A stretch of 64,000 nucleotides of DNA from Camelus ferus (taxonomy: Eukaryota), in NCBI RefSeq assembly GCF_009834535.1, contig NC_045697.1, positions 113,834,001 to 113,898,000 of the forward strand, written 5' to 3'. Shown one piece after another: positions 12,901 through 25,893 of this stretch. The first letter of the stretch is position 1. Every line of letters begins with the position of its first letter. Below the pieces are notes generated by a model. The model did not search any database. It was not told the origin of the DNA and saw nothing but the letters and a program-made list of their open reading frames with translations. The position numbers and the translations under genes are program-made.

Positions 12901-13880
12901 TTTGAGGAGTTTCTCTACAGTAAAATAACAGACAAAAATAAAAACATAATGAAATAGTTTAAAATAGGTCATTTTATTATAAACTGTTGGAGACAATGAA
13001 CTGAGACAACTGCATAAGTAATTAAATAAACATATAATTGTAGTTCATACAAAGTAATGATTCACTTATACACTTGGATTATAAAAAAGTAACTTGAATT
13101 TGCATATAATTAATTCATTCAAGTTGTTATACTTTAATAAGAAAAACTTCATTTTACAGTGCTTACAAAATATCATTTGAGAAGAACTCTTGTTTTCTCA
13201 GTTCCTTTACAAATATGTGCTTTTGCATTTATTCAAATGTTGCAGGCTGCAATTTAGAAAATGGCTAAGAAGCAGCAATGCAAGACCTAAAAGTAAATTA
13301 ATTCCAAAGTCTGAATTAGTTCTGTTTAAGGCTCTTACCATTATTCACTGTTGCCGATATCCTATATTTTCTGCATTTCATTTTCTTTACTTTTTCTCTC
13401 CTTTTTTTTTTTTTTTGTCTTTCCATGGAATAAATAAGTAAAGGTCTTTAAAATAAAAGCAACAGTGCATTTATTATTGATCTTTCTTGACCACTGTTCT
13501 CCCTTTCTCCCAGTCCCTAGCAATTACAATACCACATGTATTTATGTTTAGGAACAAAACAGTAACAAGCATCATATATTTTAGTTTCATTGTTAAGAAC
13601 CTTAATAGTAAATGGCAAAAGCAGGCGCAGGGTAGGTTCTGCAACCTCTTTTATATGCTTTCTCTTTCCACTTGCAAATTGGATAAATGTAGCCAAAGGT
13701 GTTTTGCCAGCTAATTAGATGTGGATAGGCGCAATTATATGCCAGTTTACTACCACTATTTGTGGAAATGAGATGGGATTTGCATGATTTGTACTGAAAT
13801 ACTTTGAATTCTGTTACTTACAAACCTGATTTTGTGAGGCATACTGAAACATTCAAATGGAAATTTCCATTGTGTGGAGG

Positions 13881-13881
<1 letters not shown>

Positions 13882-13911
<30 letters not shown>
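13882..13911. repeat. Compound (TCTG)n(TCTA)n microsatellite
   Basis: GTCTGTCTGTCTGTCTATCTATCTATCTAT. Confidence 0.9.
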
Positions 13912-15339
13912 ATTACTTATTTGAAAGTACATTTTAATAAATCTCATGTAACTCCAAATCTGTGAGAAGCAAGTTATGTTAGTTTGTAAATAAATTTGAA
14001 GGCTTGGCTTTTTCATTATTCTTTAGCTTTTGTCTTTTGTAAAAATCCATATGGAAAGAACATACTGTAGCGCTTTTAGAATACTTATACATTCTTAAGA
14101 AAACATGCTCTTACTAAATTGGCATTCCATTATCTTGAGTTAGTCACAGTCCAGGAGTAATAATTCAGCCTCTGAATCATGATGCAAGATGCAGGTGGCC
14201 CAGAAAGATACATGTATCAAAATATAGCCTTTGTTGTTGAGCCCAAATTCAACAACAAAGCTTAGATTTCAAACAGCCTATATTTAACTCTGTTCTTACA
14301 TCCTTCATTCCCCTACGAGGTTGATGATAAATATGTGAAAAATGTAGGTAACATAAGGTAATCATAAAAGGAGGAGTAGGGGGTTGAAAACGAGAAATCA
14401 ATTAAGACAATAAAAATGTATAACATAAATCCACTATAAACACACAATGGACCACAGATTTGGCTCTAAGCTTTGAAAGTTAAAATGAAATGAGGAATTA
14501 AGTAGACTGATAACACACAAGGACTACAAAATACAAACAAACCAACTGCTCATCTTAAGGTGAAAAATTAATTTGTTCTCCGCGTTACCTGTAAATAGGA
14601 CACCAGTGTAATTAGCAATGCCATTAAAAGCAGGATTAGAGTAAACATTGAAGTTTTTCTTCTAACATCCCTCAATAAAGTGAGACATATTGTGTTTGCT
14701 AAAAACATCTCCAGAGGTCAATCACAGGGGGCAAAATCTAAGCTCTCTGCTGGCCTGGATAAATTGCGATGTAGATGTTTACTGAATATTGTTCTAAAAT
14801 TTCTTTACAAATACCTTTATTTCTCAAATACTTTGTATCCTACGTAAGTGTGTTAATGATAAACTGCTAATATGCTGACCTAGTTTTGGCTAAGACTTCC
14901 CAATATTGCGTTTGGGAAGCCGTTCACGCGACTTGGGTGCTGCTTTCCCACGCCTGCCATGGCTCTGCAGGGCAGAGATCGGTCTTAACCAACCCACGGA
15001 GAGAGGTCCAAATGGTCACGCTTTCTGGGCAAAGCCCGTGAGAAATTATGAGATGTTTGCTGAGACTTTTGAGGTAGAGTTATAGTCTTCCCTTTAGAGG
15101 ACAAATTTAGATGTGTATCTTTTTGACATGTTGCCATACATTTTATTACCACCATATAGCACCTGAAAATGACTCCATCATCATGTAGATCAAAGATACA
15201 TGCATTCTGACATCTTGTATGCATGGTAATCCGGCAGAAACAGGGAGCAGATTGCTAATTTACTGTTACTAATTTACTATGCCCTTGCTGTCTAAGTCAG
15301 GTTTGTTGTATTTCCTATTAATTTATGTTTAAAGGTTCA

Positions 15340-17790
15340 ATACTTATAAACTAGTATTTACACAAGGGTAAACATTCAAAGGGTAAAAATGGTAGCAGGG
15401 TACAAAGTAAATATTTTTCTATTCCCTACTCTGAAGATGAACAGAGTCAATTCCCCACTGCAGAGGTGAAAATTGTTGAGTGTGTGTATGCTTCCAGAAA
15501 TAGTCTATGCACATACAAAGCAATATATTTATAAGTTTTTAATTTATTACACAAATATTAGCATACGCCACACTCTTTTCTACCTAATTCTTTCACCAAA
15601 AATGTATCTTGGAAATTCCTCCATATTATGTAAAAGGACTGCCCCCATTTTTTTAAATGACTATGTGATTCATCTAACTAATCCTCTAGGAAATTCTGAT
15701 TAATTGATCTAATCTTTCACTACTGTATATACTGATGCAATAAATAACCATATATGTACATTGTTTTGAGCAGTTGCAAATATAAGTAGGTATGTGTGTG
15801 GACACACACAAGCTCACACGTGCAAAATCATCCCCCACAGTAATTGTACTAATTTATTCTTCTGCCAACAATGGGTGACAATATTAATTTCCCCCTCCAT
15901 CTTCCAAACATAGTATGTTATCAACTTTTTGAAACTTTGATCATCTGTGAGATTAAAAAACTAATCTACATTTTCCCTTATTCTAAATGACATTAAATTT
16001 TCATTTGAATTCTAAATGACATTAAATTTTCATTTGAATGTCTTAGTTTGTGAATTAACTTCAGATCCTTTGCCAAATTTCTCTGGATTGTTGATCTTTG
16101 TTATTTTTTCTTATTTTTCTAACTGGTTGTGGAAATCAGTCCTTTGTTACAAGTTGCAAAGCTTGTTGTATATTTTCACAAGTTTTGCATTTCTTTCTTC
16201 ACTTTGTTTATGAAGTCTTTCTTCATGAAAATTTTAAACTTAGGATTCATTTGAAATTATCATTCCTTGTTATATTCCTTGTATATCTTTGTGTGTGTGT
16301 GTGTGCAATTTATAACATATATTCAAAAATCTTCCTCATCCCAAGATTACTAAAAAATTATGTAAGATTATATCTTGTCCTTTTTGGACATTTATATCTT
16401 TAATACACCTGGTAATTATTTTGGTAAAGAAAATATGAGTTACGGATCAATTTATTTTCCCAGAAAACCAATCAGTAACTAACACTATTTTTCAAATATT
16501 TCACTTATCCCTCATGGGTATGAAATGAACTTTTGATATATGTTCTACTTGTTCTTATCCACTCCTTTATTTCTTTTTAATTTTATGAAAGCAGTGTGAT
16601 GCTTTAATTATTTCAATAGCGTTATATATTTATTACTTAAGGAGTGTCATTCCTACATTGTCTATTATTACTGTTTATTTCTACTTTGTATTTTATTTAT
16701 AAACTTTAAAATCAACTAGTCTATTCCCCTCTAACCTGGAAAAAAGCATAGTTTTTAAAATCTCAATGCATAGACAACTATAAAGATATTTCGCATATTT
16801 TTTGTAGGTCTTGGTTTTTTCCAGCAATATGGTAGACTCTTTTTTGTTTAAACATTCCTTCCCTTCCACAGAATCACATTTTAAAATCTCTTTATACCTC
16901 TGCTACGAATGTCTTGGATATTTTAACATTTATTCTATTATTAAAAAGCACTGTGGTTGGCAGAATTCTGAGATGATCCCGAGTTACCTTCTACCTTCTA
17001 TAATCCTTTCTACATTTTCCCGGCAGCTGTGAATCTGAAGATCTCTCATTACCATGGTTGTATTACTTTCTATGACTAAAGGGAGATTAGCCTGGGTACA
17101 CCTGACTTATCAGAGGAGCCCTTTAAAAGCAGTGTTTCCTCCAGCAGATCATAGAAGGCAAAGTCAGATCTTTGAAGCACCAGAAGGATCTGACACTCTG
17201 TTACTGGCTTTAAGCGGAACAGGGTCATCAGGCAGCGTCCTGAGGGTCACTTCTGGGGACTGAGACTGGCCCCTGACCTACAGCCAACAAAACAACAGAA
17301 AGCTGAATGAGGCAACTACAAGGAACAGAACTTTAACATAACAGGCGTGAGCTCGGACAAGGATCTTGAGCTTCAAATAAGAAGGCAGCCAGCCAAGAGC
17401 TTGACCTTTGTCTGGAGAGAGAACCCAGTCATGCTGTGCCAGACATCAGAATAACGAATGAATGATGTTACAAGCCACACAATTCGTGTCAATTTGACAT
17501 GCTTCAGTAGAAAGCTAATGTAGGCATGGCTATCCATTTCATCTTCCAACAGGCTGTTATTAGTTACTCATTTTCATATTCTCTTTTTGTGCCAAATCAT
17601 TTCATCGAATTGCCCCACAATTAGCCAAAAAAAAAATCAGTTTTTTTCTCTTGTTTTTCAGGCAAACAAATATATCATCTGCAAATAAGAATGGATTTAC
17701 CTTTTCTTTTCCATTTAACATATTTTCTCCTGTTCAGCAATTTTGATCATTATTACAAAATAACGTTACCTTCTAAAGGTAATTGCAGAC
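15340..17790 (-). mobile_element. Highly diverged L1 (L1ME-type) fragments, interrupted by an MLT1 LTR
   Basis: T-rich antisense L1 3'UTR/ORF2 motifs (TGTACTAATTTATTCTTCTGCCAACAATG; CAGATCCTTTGCCAAATTT; ATCATCTGCAAATA, the antisense FADD, at ~17674). Confidence 0.6.
16952..17522 (+). mobile_element. MaLR solo LTR (MLT1E-like)
   Basis: Begins TGTGGTTGGCAGAATTCTGAGATG; GGGAGATTAGCCTGGGT..CCTGACTTATCAGAGGAGCCCTTTAAAAG; ends CAGTAGAAAGCTAATGTA. Confidence 0.8.
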
Positions 17791-17804
17791 ATTCTTACAG
17801 CAGA

Positions 17805-18629
17805 CACTGTTGTCACCCTCATCTATGTTTGAAGTTTTACTGGGGCCACCCAAAACTGTCTGCTTGAGAGCTGTCTTCTGCTGCAGAAATAGATTACTGC
17901 ATGCAGCATGGCATATATGTTGAGGACTGTGACCACTTTCCAATTGCCACTGTAACAGATGACCTCAAACTTTGGAGCTTAACCAACACAAATGTATCAT
18001 CTTACAGTTATGTAGGTCAAAGTTGGACACAGTCTCACTGGGATGAAAAGCAGTGTATTGGCAGTATTGTGTTCCTGTGTGAAGACTAGAGGGTAATCTA
18101 TTTCCTCGCCTTTCCAGCGGGTGGAGGCCCCCACACCCTCAACCAATACCGTCTTTGCTCCACACTCCAAGCTTGCTAGGGTCACGTCCTTCTTACAGAA
18201 GGCGACTCTGAGCTGCCTTTCTTCTTCTGTGTCCCTCTACTGAGTGTAAAGTCTCCGATGATTACACTGGACCCAGTTGGATAGCCCAGGATAATCTTCT
18301 TATTTTAATACTGGGTGATGAACAATTTTAATACCATAGGCAATGGTAATCCCCCTTCGCCATGTAACTGAAAATAGTCACAGATTTGAGGATTAGGTCA
18401 TGGACATCTTTGATGGGGGCAAGGCACAACTGTTCTGCGTGAGGAAGAACACACCACAGCTTCCTCACCCCTTGGATGATACAGCTTGAAGATCTGATCA
18501 TCGCTGTCTTCATAGGTTCCAAGTGGGACTGAGCCCTATTTTTCATTTATTCATATACTCAGTGTTCTCAAATCAGTGTTTAACACCCTTTTTTCCCCCT
18601 TTATTGAGATGAAGAGCTTACCTAAGACA
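17805..18629 (+). mobile_element. Probable LTR16-type 5' LTR of the adjacent ERVL, split by MLT1D
   Basis: Ends ..CCTAAGACA immediately before the ERV3-16A3-like internal start (ATTAGTAGCAAAAGCGTCC..AGACCCT..AATGGAATTCTAGAATT). 5' boundary approximate. Confidence 0.5.
17928..18440 (-). mobile_element. MaLR solo LTR (MLT1D-like)
   Basis: CTGTAACAGATGACCTCAAACTT..GCTTAACCAACACAAATGTATCATCTTACAGTT; GATTACACTGGACCCA..GGATAGCCCAGGATAATCT; GAGGATTAGG..ATGGACATCTTTG. Confidence 0.85.
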
Positions 18630-21600
18630 ATTAGTAGCAAAAGCGTCCTTGGATATAGACCCTTATAATGGAATTCTAGAATTAGATTACTTATTGGTCA
18701 GATGGTTAGCAAGAAATCATTGCCTGTTGTCACCAGTGTAACAATTATCCCTAATGCATGTAGGCGTCACCCACTATTGTGGTTTTTCACTTGCGAATGG
18801 GGTAGAAAGGCAGAAGGGGATGTCCTGTCTCATGCAGTAGATTGATAACTTGGAAGTCAATGGAGGAGTGGTAATGGTAAGGATTGAGAGGCTGTTTGAC
18901 AGTTGTTGATGGCCATAAAGACCCTGAAGAAAACAACCGTCTGAGGTTGGCAAACTGCCGATCCAAGGCACAGTGTGAAGTTGAAAGGCTGTCACTGCAC
19001 TGTTTAAAGAGACACTCATCTCCTGCAGGCCAGTGGCAGACTGTGATGGCAATCAGGTCCCGGGTTTGATAGCAAAAGTAGTGAAATTATAAAGGAAGCT
19101 ATAGTTAAATTTCTGGCTCCAATGCTAAAATATTTTGAAATGTGGGGAACTCAGAGACCTGCAATTGGTATACTAGGGGAGGTGTTTGAGCACTTTGAAT
19201 TCACTAATCTTCTAAATGCTCTGAGTTTAGATTTGGCTCCTTTCCTCTTGCCAGAGGCATGTGGGCTCGTGTTGCCTGGAGACAATGGTAAACTCTCAGC
19301 CAAGAAAGATGCTTTGAGTGATTATGCTTAGCCTCTTCAAGATCTTCCTTTGTCTCTTTTCATTGTTTCTACCTCAAGAGGAAGAGTAAAGCCACAGCAT
19401 CGTGGAGCCCTCAAGCATTGTCCTTGCTACTACCAGAGAGCTGGAGCCTGTGGTTAACATACACTGGGAGCAACTGCAACATACATAGTATCTGGTAGTA
19501 GATCTCGGTATGGCTGGGCTAGTGAGGGAAGGATATAAGAATGTCAAGGAAAGTTTATCGGTATGGGGGATTTCTCTTGGGACTCAAAATTTAGCAGATC
19601 GGCAAGGATGCCTGAAGTTATAATATGCACTTGGAAGAGCTAATTTAAGCTTGGAAACAATGATGATTCATAGGAAATCAGTTAGAGCCACCATAACCAT
19701 CTCGGCGGAGTACTGATTATCAGCTCAAATGGCTCTTAAATGCGGTCATACTGGAATGAATTGATTATCTCAGACGTGAGAACGTGGTGGCTGAGAATGA
19801 TTTCCAGGATGGTTCAGAAGCACTCCTTCACACAAAGATAAGAAATATACTAGTGAGGGGGGTATTGGCATATCTGAGAGACTTAGTGGTGGCTGTGCCC
19901 TGTGGGCAAGGATTGATGGTAAGATGGGCAGTTTGGATTTGTCTACCTAATGTCAGCGGGGACGTCAGGATTCTGAAATAGCCGAAGTCCAACGTCAACA
20001 TATAACCACTAGGTGCAAGACGAATGGCGTTCCATGTGGACTTTAACCATCGTCATCACTGACATTGGCAAGAGCCCGTGTTGTTTCTTCCTAGCAGCAA
20101 AATGGATGGGCAGTCAATTAAGTTGTTGCTTGACATAAATAACCGGCTAAGAGCAAGTGAATGAATGTGAAGCAAGGGAAGACTGATGTTAAATGTCACT
20201 GATGAACCATCACAATCCACTGAAAGTTTCCCAGACTTGAGCTATTTCTCAACCTAGAGGCCATTTATTAAACTGGACGCCAGGTACCCTTGAGGAAGTA
20301 CAAAATGCCACAGCAAGTATGTAAATCACCGCTCTTCTCTTAAAGGGACTTGAGCCCACTCATGAGAGTAGCTACCCACTGGGAAGGGAAAATGTACAGA
20401 ATTTCACGGACTGTTGGATGCAGGTTATCAGTTGACATTAACATCAGGTGAACCAAAATAACACAGCCCTCTTTCCCTATAAAACTCAGGTGACAGGGAC
20501 AAGGCCCAAGCCCACCTCATGATAGATCCAACGGGTCTACTGAGGATTCCATAACTGTTTCCCTGCACTTGATTTTATCATAGGAATAGACAGCACAGAA
20601 TCCTCACCTGTGTTCTCTGACCTGTGACATAAAAATCCATTATAATAAAATAAAAAAGACCAATTGGAAATTTCTGAAACTGTTCTTTTCCTTCCCTCCA
20701 GACTAGGACAAAAATAATAAATCAGAAGCAATATCTTATTCCGGGTGAAATGGTGAAGATTGGTGCCATGTTCAAAGGTACGAGTGATAGTTACCATCAT
20801 ATCACCGTTCAGTTTTCAGTTTTGATATTTACAGAGATCAGAAGCAGCACAGGCAGATAACATGGACCTAAATTTAACCCAGTGATAGTTCCACTCCCAA
20901 CCTCTGTCCAAAGTCAAAATCTTTTTTTTTTTTTAATAAAAAAAATGGTTAACTCAGATTCTGGAATTTGCTGCTAATCTAATAACTGGGTTCTTTTTAA
21001 TTTCTGTGAGAAAGGATAATAAAAAAGAGCTTTTGCTCGAGAGACACAGCAGCATACATTCGCAGTATTTCTCCAGGTTAAGCTTGCTCTTCTGCTCGGC
21101 CGCGGTAGCAGAGCTGGCGGTTGCAACACGGACCTTAATGGCCCCAAGTGCACCCTTCGGCCCTTTCCTAGTGTACGCTGGAGCACCCCTCCTAATGTAA
21201 TGAAAAATGATTTCATCTTGCACGTCCCACCACTAAAAAGAGCACAGAGCTCTCTGAGCCTCTTTGCCTTTTGAAGGTATATCTGTATATAAATCACTTA
21301 TACATACCACTTCAACCCATTTATTGGGTGAATCATAAAGCTGCAAGTTTTAAATGGGTCTGAGCAAGACAGTTCAGCAGGACATTCAGACTGATGTTCA
21401 AATGACCACCATTTAGTGCCCACGACCCAGCAGGTACCAGCAGTATCAAAGGACTGTTAAGGACAGCGTGTGGACTCCCTGGGCAGCCTGAGCAGGAGCG
21501 TCGCAGGGGATGAGCATGCCCCAGGGTGTGATTCAAAATCATGCTGCTGGAGCAAGGACTCATTCGTCACCTGCAGACCAGCTCCTGATGTGCTGTTGGG

Positions 21601-22830
21601 CCTTAGCAGCCACTCCATCTGACCTTCACACATCGTTTGACCACATCCAGAGCCGGGCATCTTGAGCTGCGTGCATAGTGTAAGATCTACCATTTCAAAA
21701 GTTTGAGGATGAACAGTATCAATCCCTTATGAAATGGAATTGGTACACTCTGGATAGCGCGCACACAGGGGCAGAGGAATCATTAATTTTTCAGCAATAA
21801 GAAACCCAGCCCTCACGACACGCATCCCTATTACCGAGGGTCTCTCTTCTAGCTGACACCTCTAGGCTTCCGGGGAGTGGCCTGTAACCTGAGGCTGGTC
21901 CTCAATATACGGAAGTGAGTGAACAGCAAATGGGCTGCTTCTCTAGGACAACTCCACTTAGTGGTGGCCCCAAAAGGCAGATGAGGGGAAATCTTTCCAA
22001 ACTTTTGAGCTGGGCATCAACCTGATATGGAGGAAGAAGTGATCACAGATAAGAAAAGTACAGAAGACACAGTGACCCCTGAGTAGCATGAAGTTGCCAG
22101 ATTGGATTGCTAGGGTCTGGAAGCAAAGAGGTCTGGAAGGAGGGCCGATGATGGACCCCGAGAAATGAGGACAAAATGTGGAGATTTTTGCATCTCTTGT
22201 CAGGGTCCACCAGGCATGAACTTTCAGCTGTGAGAGTAGCTGATTCAGCTTTCCTGCCAGGGAGATGTTCTGGATTCACCAAGAGCAGGATCGACGGCTG
22301 AGCAGTTGATACGGTTGCACTGGTGTCACGTTGGTGTTATTAGACCCATTCTATCCTGAAGAGAACAGTAAGTCATCTTTTCTGGGACTGATGCAGATTT
22401 AGCCTGGATGGAGCCTCATCTCAGCCAGCATGACAGCACGCTCTGTGCATCTCTGAGAGTATCTTATTTACTGACATAAAATGTGACGTAAGAACACCTC
22501 GGACAAAGAGACTACTGCAGAACAAAGGAGATTCAACAGCTGGCCTATGTCTTCAGGATCCATTTTTCCATTAGAACATTTTTGTTTTACTAGTTTATCT
22601 GGCAGCCTGAAAGAACGTTGTGATGGACTATTGCAGGTGTAGCTGAGACCTGGGGCTGACACTTTACATGATTTACATATACATATTTATTTTAAACCAG
22701 AGGTCGTTATATGTTTCTTGATTCCAATGACTAAAATATACTGATCCCAAAAAAATTTTAAAGGTAGAATTGTGTGTGGCCCCTCTAACCATTAATGCCA
22801 GAAATCCATCTGGAAATTTGCACTGGAAAC
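18630..22830 (+). mobile_element. Ancient ERVL internal region (ERV3-16A3/HERV16-like), decayed gag-pol
   Basis: Degenerate ERVL motifs in order: gag (~18.8-20.0 kb); RT SPF..KFNPVIVP (~20800-20910), AANL..FF.ISVRKDNKK and QQHTFAVFLQ (~21050); connection FHLARPTTKK and PIYWV..KAASFKW; RNase H EGKSFQ..EL (~21985); integrase SDK.T, KEIQQLA and ERCDGLL (~22500-22640). No intact ORF. Confidence 0.8.
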
Positions 22831-22844
22831 AGGTTTCCAGAATG

Positions 22845-24890
22845 AGAGATTCAGAGTAATGCTGGCCTGGTAGAATAGTTTTGGAAATATATTTTCCCTC
22901 TTCAACTTTTTTGAATACTTTGAGGAGAATGGGTATTAACTCTCTTTGAATGTTTGACACAATTCATCTGTGATTTCATGGGATACTGGGCTTTTTGTTT
23001 GTTCTGGGGAGCTTTTTGATTACTGACTCAATTTTATTACTAGTTATCAGTCAGTTTAGATTATCTATTCCTTTTGATTCAGTCTTGGAATATTGGACAT
23101 TCCTAGGAATATTTATTTCTTCTAAGTTGTCCAATTTGTTGACATACTGTTGTTTATAGTAGTCTCTTATGATCTTTTGTATTTCTGGGATGTCAGTTTT
23201 AACCTTTATTTATAATTTTATTTACTTATGCTCTCTCCTTTTTTCCTTGATGCATCTGGCTATTAGTTTATAAATTTTGTTTATCTCTTCAAAGAACCAG
23301 CTCTTAGTTTCATTCATCTTTTCAATTGTTTTTTATTAGATCCCCATTTGATTTATTTCTACCCTGATCTTAAGTGTTTCCCTTCTTCTGCCAACTTCGG
23401 ATTTTGTTCTTTTTTTCAGTTCCTTTAGGTGTAAGGCTAGATTGTCTGAGATTTTACTTGTTTCCTGAAGTAGCCTTGCATCACTGTAAACTTTCATCTT
23501 AGACCTGCTTTTGCTGAGTCCCATAGATTTTGGAAGACTGTGTTTCCTTATTCATTTCTTTCGAAGTATTTTTTATTTTCTCTTTGACTTCTTCATTGAT
23601 CCATCGATTACTTAGAAGTATGTTCGTTAGCCTCCATATGATTTTGTTTTTTCAAATTTTTTTCTTATAGTTGATTACTATTTTTATACCATTGTGATCA
23701 GAAAAGATGCTTGATTTGATTTCAATTTTACTAAATTTATTATGACTTGTTTTGTGACATCATGTGATCTTTTCTGAAGAATTTTTCATGTGCACTTGGA
23801 AAAAAACGAGCATTTTATTTTTCTTGGGTATAATGTTCTGTTTATATCTGTTAAGTCATTTAAAGCCAGTGTTTATTGAGCTTACGTCTGGATGATCTAC
23901 TCATTGACAGAAGTGGGGTGTTAAAAATCTCTTACTAATATTTTATTCCTGTCAATATTCGCCCTTTATGTCTGCTAACACCTGTTTTATGAATTTTGGT
24001 GCTTGTAAGTTGTTTACATAGATAATTACAAGAGCCGCATCCTCTTGTTGGATTGATGTCTTAATCATTTTGTAATGCCTTTCTTTGGTCTTTGTTTTAA
24101 AGCCTATTTTGTCTTATATGCAATACTGCCCTAACTTTCTTTTTCTTTGCGTTTGCATGATATGTCTTTTTCCGTCTCTTTCTTTTCAGTCTGTGTGGGT
24201 CTTTAGATTTGAAATGAGTTTCATTGGCAGCATGAAGATGAGTCTTTTTTTTTCGATTTATTTGGCTACCTTATGTATTTTGATGTCAGCATTTAGTCCA
24301 TGACGTTTAAAGTACTTAAGTATTGGTAGGTATGTCCTTTATTTTAATCATTTTGTTCATTGTGTTCTGGATGTTTTTGTAGTTCTTCTCTGTCCCTTTC
24401 TCACTCTCCTATTCTGTTTCCTCCTGATTGATGACTTTTTAGTGTTATATTTATATTCCTTTCTTTTTTTATTTTTTGTATCTGTTGCAGGTTTTTGGTT
24501 TGTGGTTACCATGAGGTTTTTATATAACAACCTAAGCATTTAGGAGTCTGTTTTACATTGATGGTCTCTTTCCTTCGAGTGCATTGCAAAAACATTATAT
24601 TTTTACTTCTTCCCTGCATGTTGTGTTTGTGATGTCATATTTTACATCTTTTTATTTTGTGTACCGCTTAACTAATTATTTCAGATATCGATGACTTTAT
24701 TGCTTCTGTCTTTTAACTTTTACACAAGCTTTTCAGTTGTTGGATCTAACTACCAGAGCCAGGTGTCCAGAGGTATCCCCTGTGCAGGCTGCATGTGCCC
24801 TTCTGTTGTGGTTGGGCTGTGGCTGCTGTCAGCATGCTGGTGGGTGGGGTTGGCTCCTGGCCTGGCTAACTGTGTGGCTCAGCCCTGACT
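22845..24890 (-). mobile_element. L1 5' portion (5'UTR-like segment, inter-ORF region and ORF2 endonuclease to RT start), decayed and internally deleted
   Basis: Minus ORFs ELIPILLKVFKKVEEG, NLALHLKELKK..KIRVEINQ and LYKNLMVTTNQKP are typical L1 sequence. GC-rich 5'UTR-like stretch at 24750-24890. Confidence 0.9.
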
Positions 24891-25079
24891 CTGTTTAAAG
24901 AGCTATTATTTACCATAAAACTAGAATATGCAACAGCTGTTTGAAATGAACACAAAATGAAGAATTGTAACATCATGAACAGATTTTCTTTCTTATTAAC
25001 TTGTGGTGGTTTCTGGAACCAGCTTGCATTTCTTTTGAAAGTTGATTGGGGGAAAGGATGTAAGCTATATTGTGTCTAT

Positions 25080-25285
25080 ATGGTGGAATTAGTTAGATCT
25101 TTTTGTAATTCTGGCTCTATCATTCCCTAACTATATAACCTTGGACAATTTATTTAACTTTCTTGGGCCTCGGTTTCTCATATGCAGAATTAGTATAATA
25201 TAATTGCATTTGCCTTGTAAAGTTTCATTTTTTTTAATTAAATACTGTTTGTAAAAGACAACATAATACCTTGGAATATAATAAT
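25080..25285 (+). mobile_element. MIR SINE
   Basis: AATTCTGGCTCT..ACCTTGGACAATTTATTTAACTTTCTTGGGCCTCGGTTTCTCATATG (MIR core). Confidence 0.75.
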
Positions 25286-25837
25286 CTCTTGCTGCAACCA
25301 GAGTGATGTGTTAGCCAGGAGAAGGCATTGTTTAATTTTACAGTCTATCAATAACTTCCCCAGCATCTACTTGGCTTGATATTCTCTGCAGCTTTTAATC
25401 CACTGGAGTCACTCAAATATAATATATGCTATAAGAAATATATGTGTGTATCATAGAACAGATTGTGTAGCACATTTATATATTTATTTGTATTATGTTA
25501 TATTGTACTATTAAATCAGATATAAATCTGATTATATTAAATCTGATTTGAGAAAATGGATGGGTTCAGCTTAATGGTATGACCCATTTAATAACGGGTC
25601 AATCACACATGCACTTAAGCTTTCCATATATTTTTGTAGGTACTCATCCTAAGAACTATTAATGTAATTTCAGATTGCTCATAAAAAGTCACTGCATCTT
25701 TTAAAACACTTTTCAAACTTAAAGCTAATACTGATTTAAAGAACAAAGTGGAATAAATAAAGGGAAAATAATTTATGTATTTATATTTCACAAAAGTAGA
25801 CATCAGAAATCTTCTAATGTCTCTGAACAGTAAAACT

Positions 25838-25893
25838 GTGTGGTGTGTGGGGTATGTGTGTGTCTGTATGTGTATGTGCATATATGTGTGTGT
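25838..25893. repeat. Imperfect (TG)n microsatellite
   Basis: GTGTGGTGTGTGGGGTATGTGTGTGTCTGTATGTGTATGTGCATATATGTGTGTGT. Confidence 0.75.

Noticed and set aside
17640..17690. Strong-looking splice acceptor TTTTTTTCTCTTGTTTTTCAG
   Set aside because: Lies in T-rich antisense L1 sequence, with no matching donor or frame.
20954..21693. Cluster of overlapping GC-rich ORFs
   Set aside because: Antisense or off-frame readings of decayed ERVL pol; no intact domesticated gene is visible.
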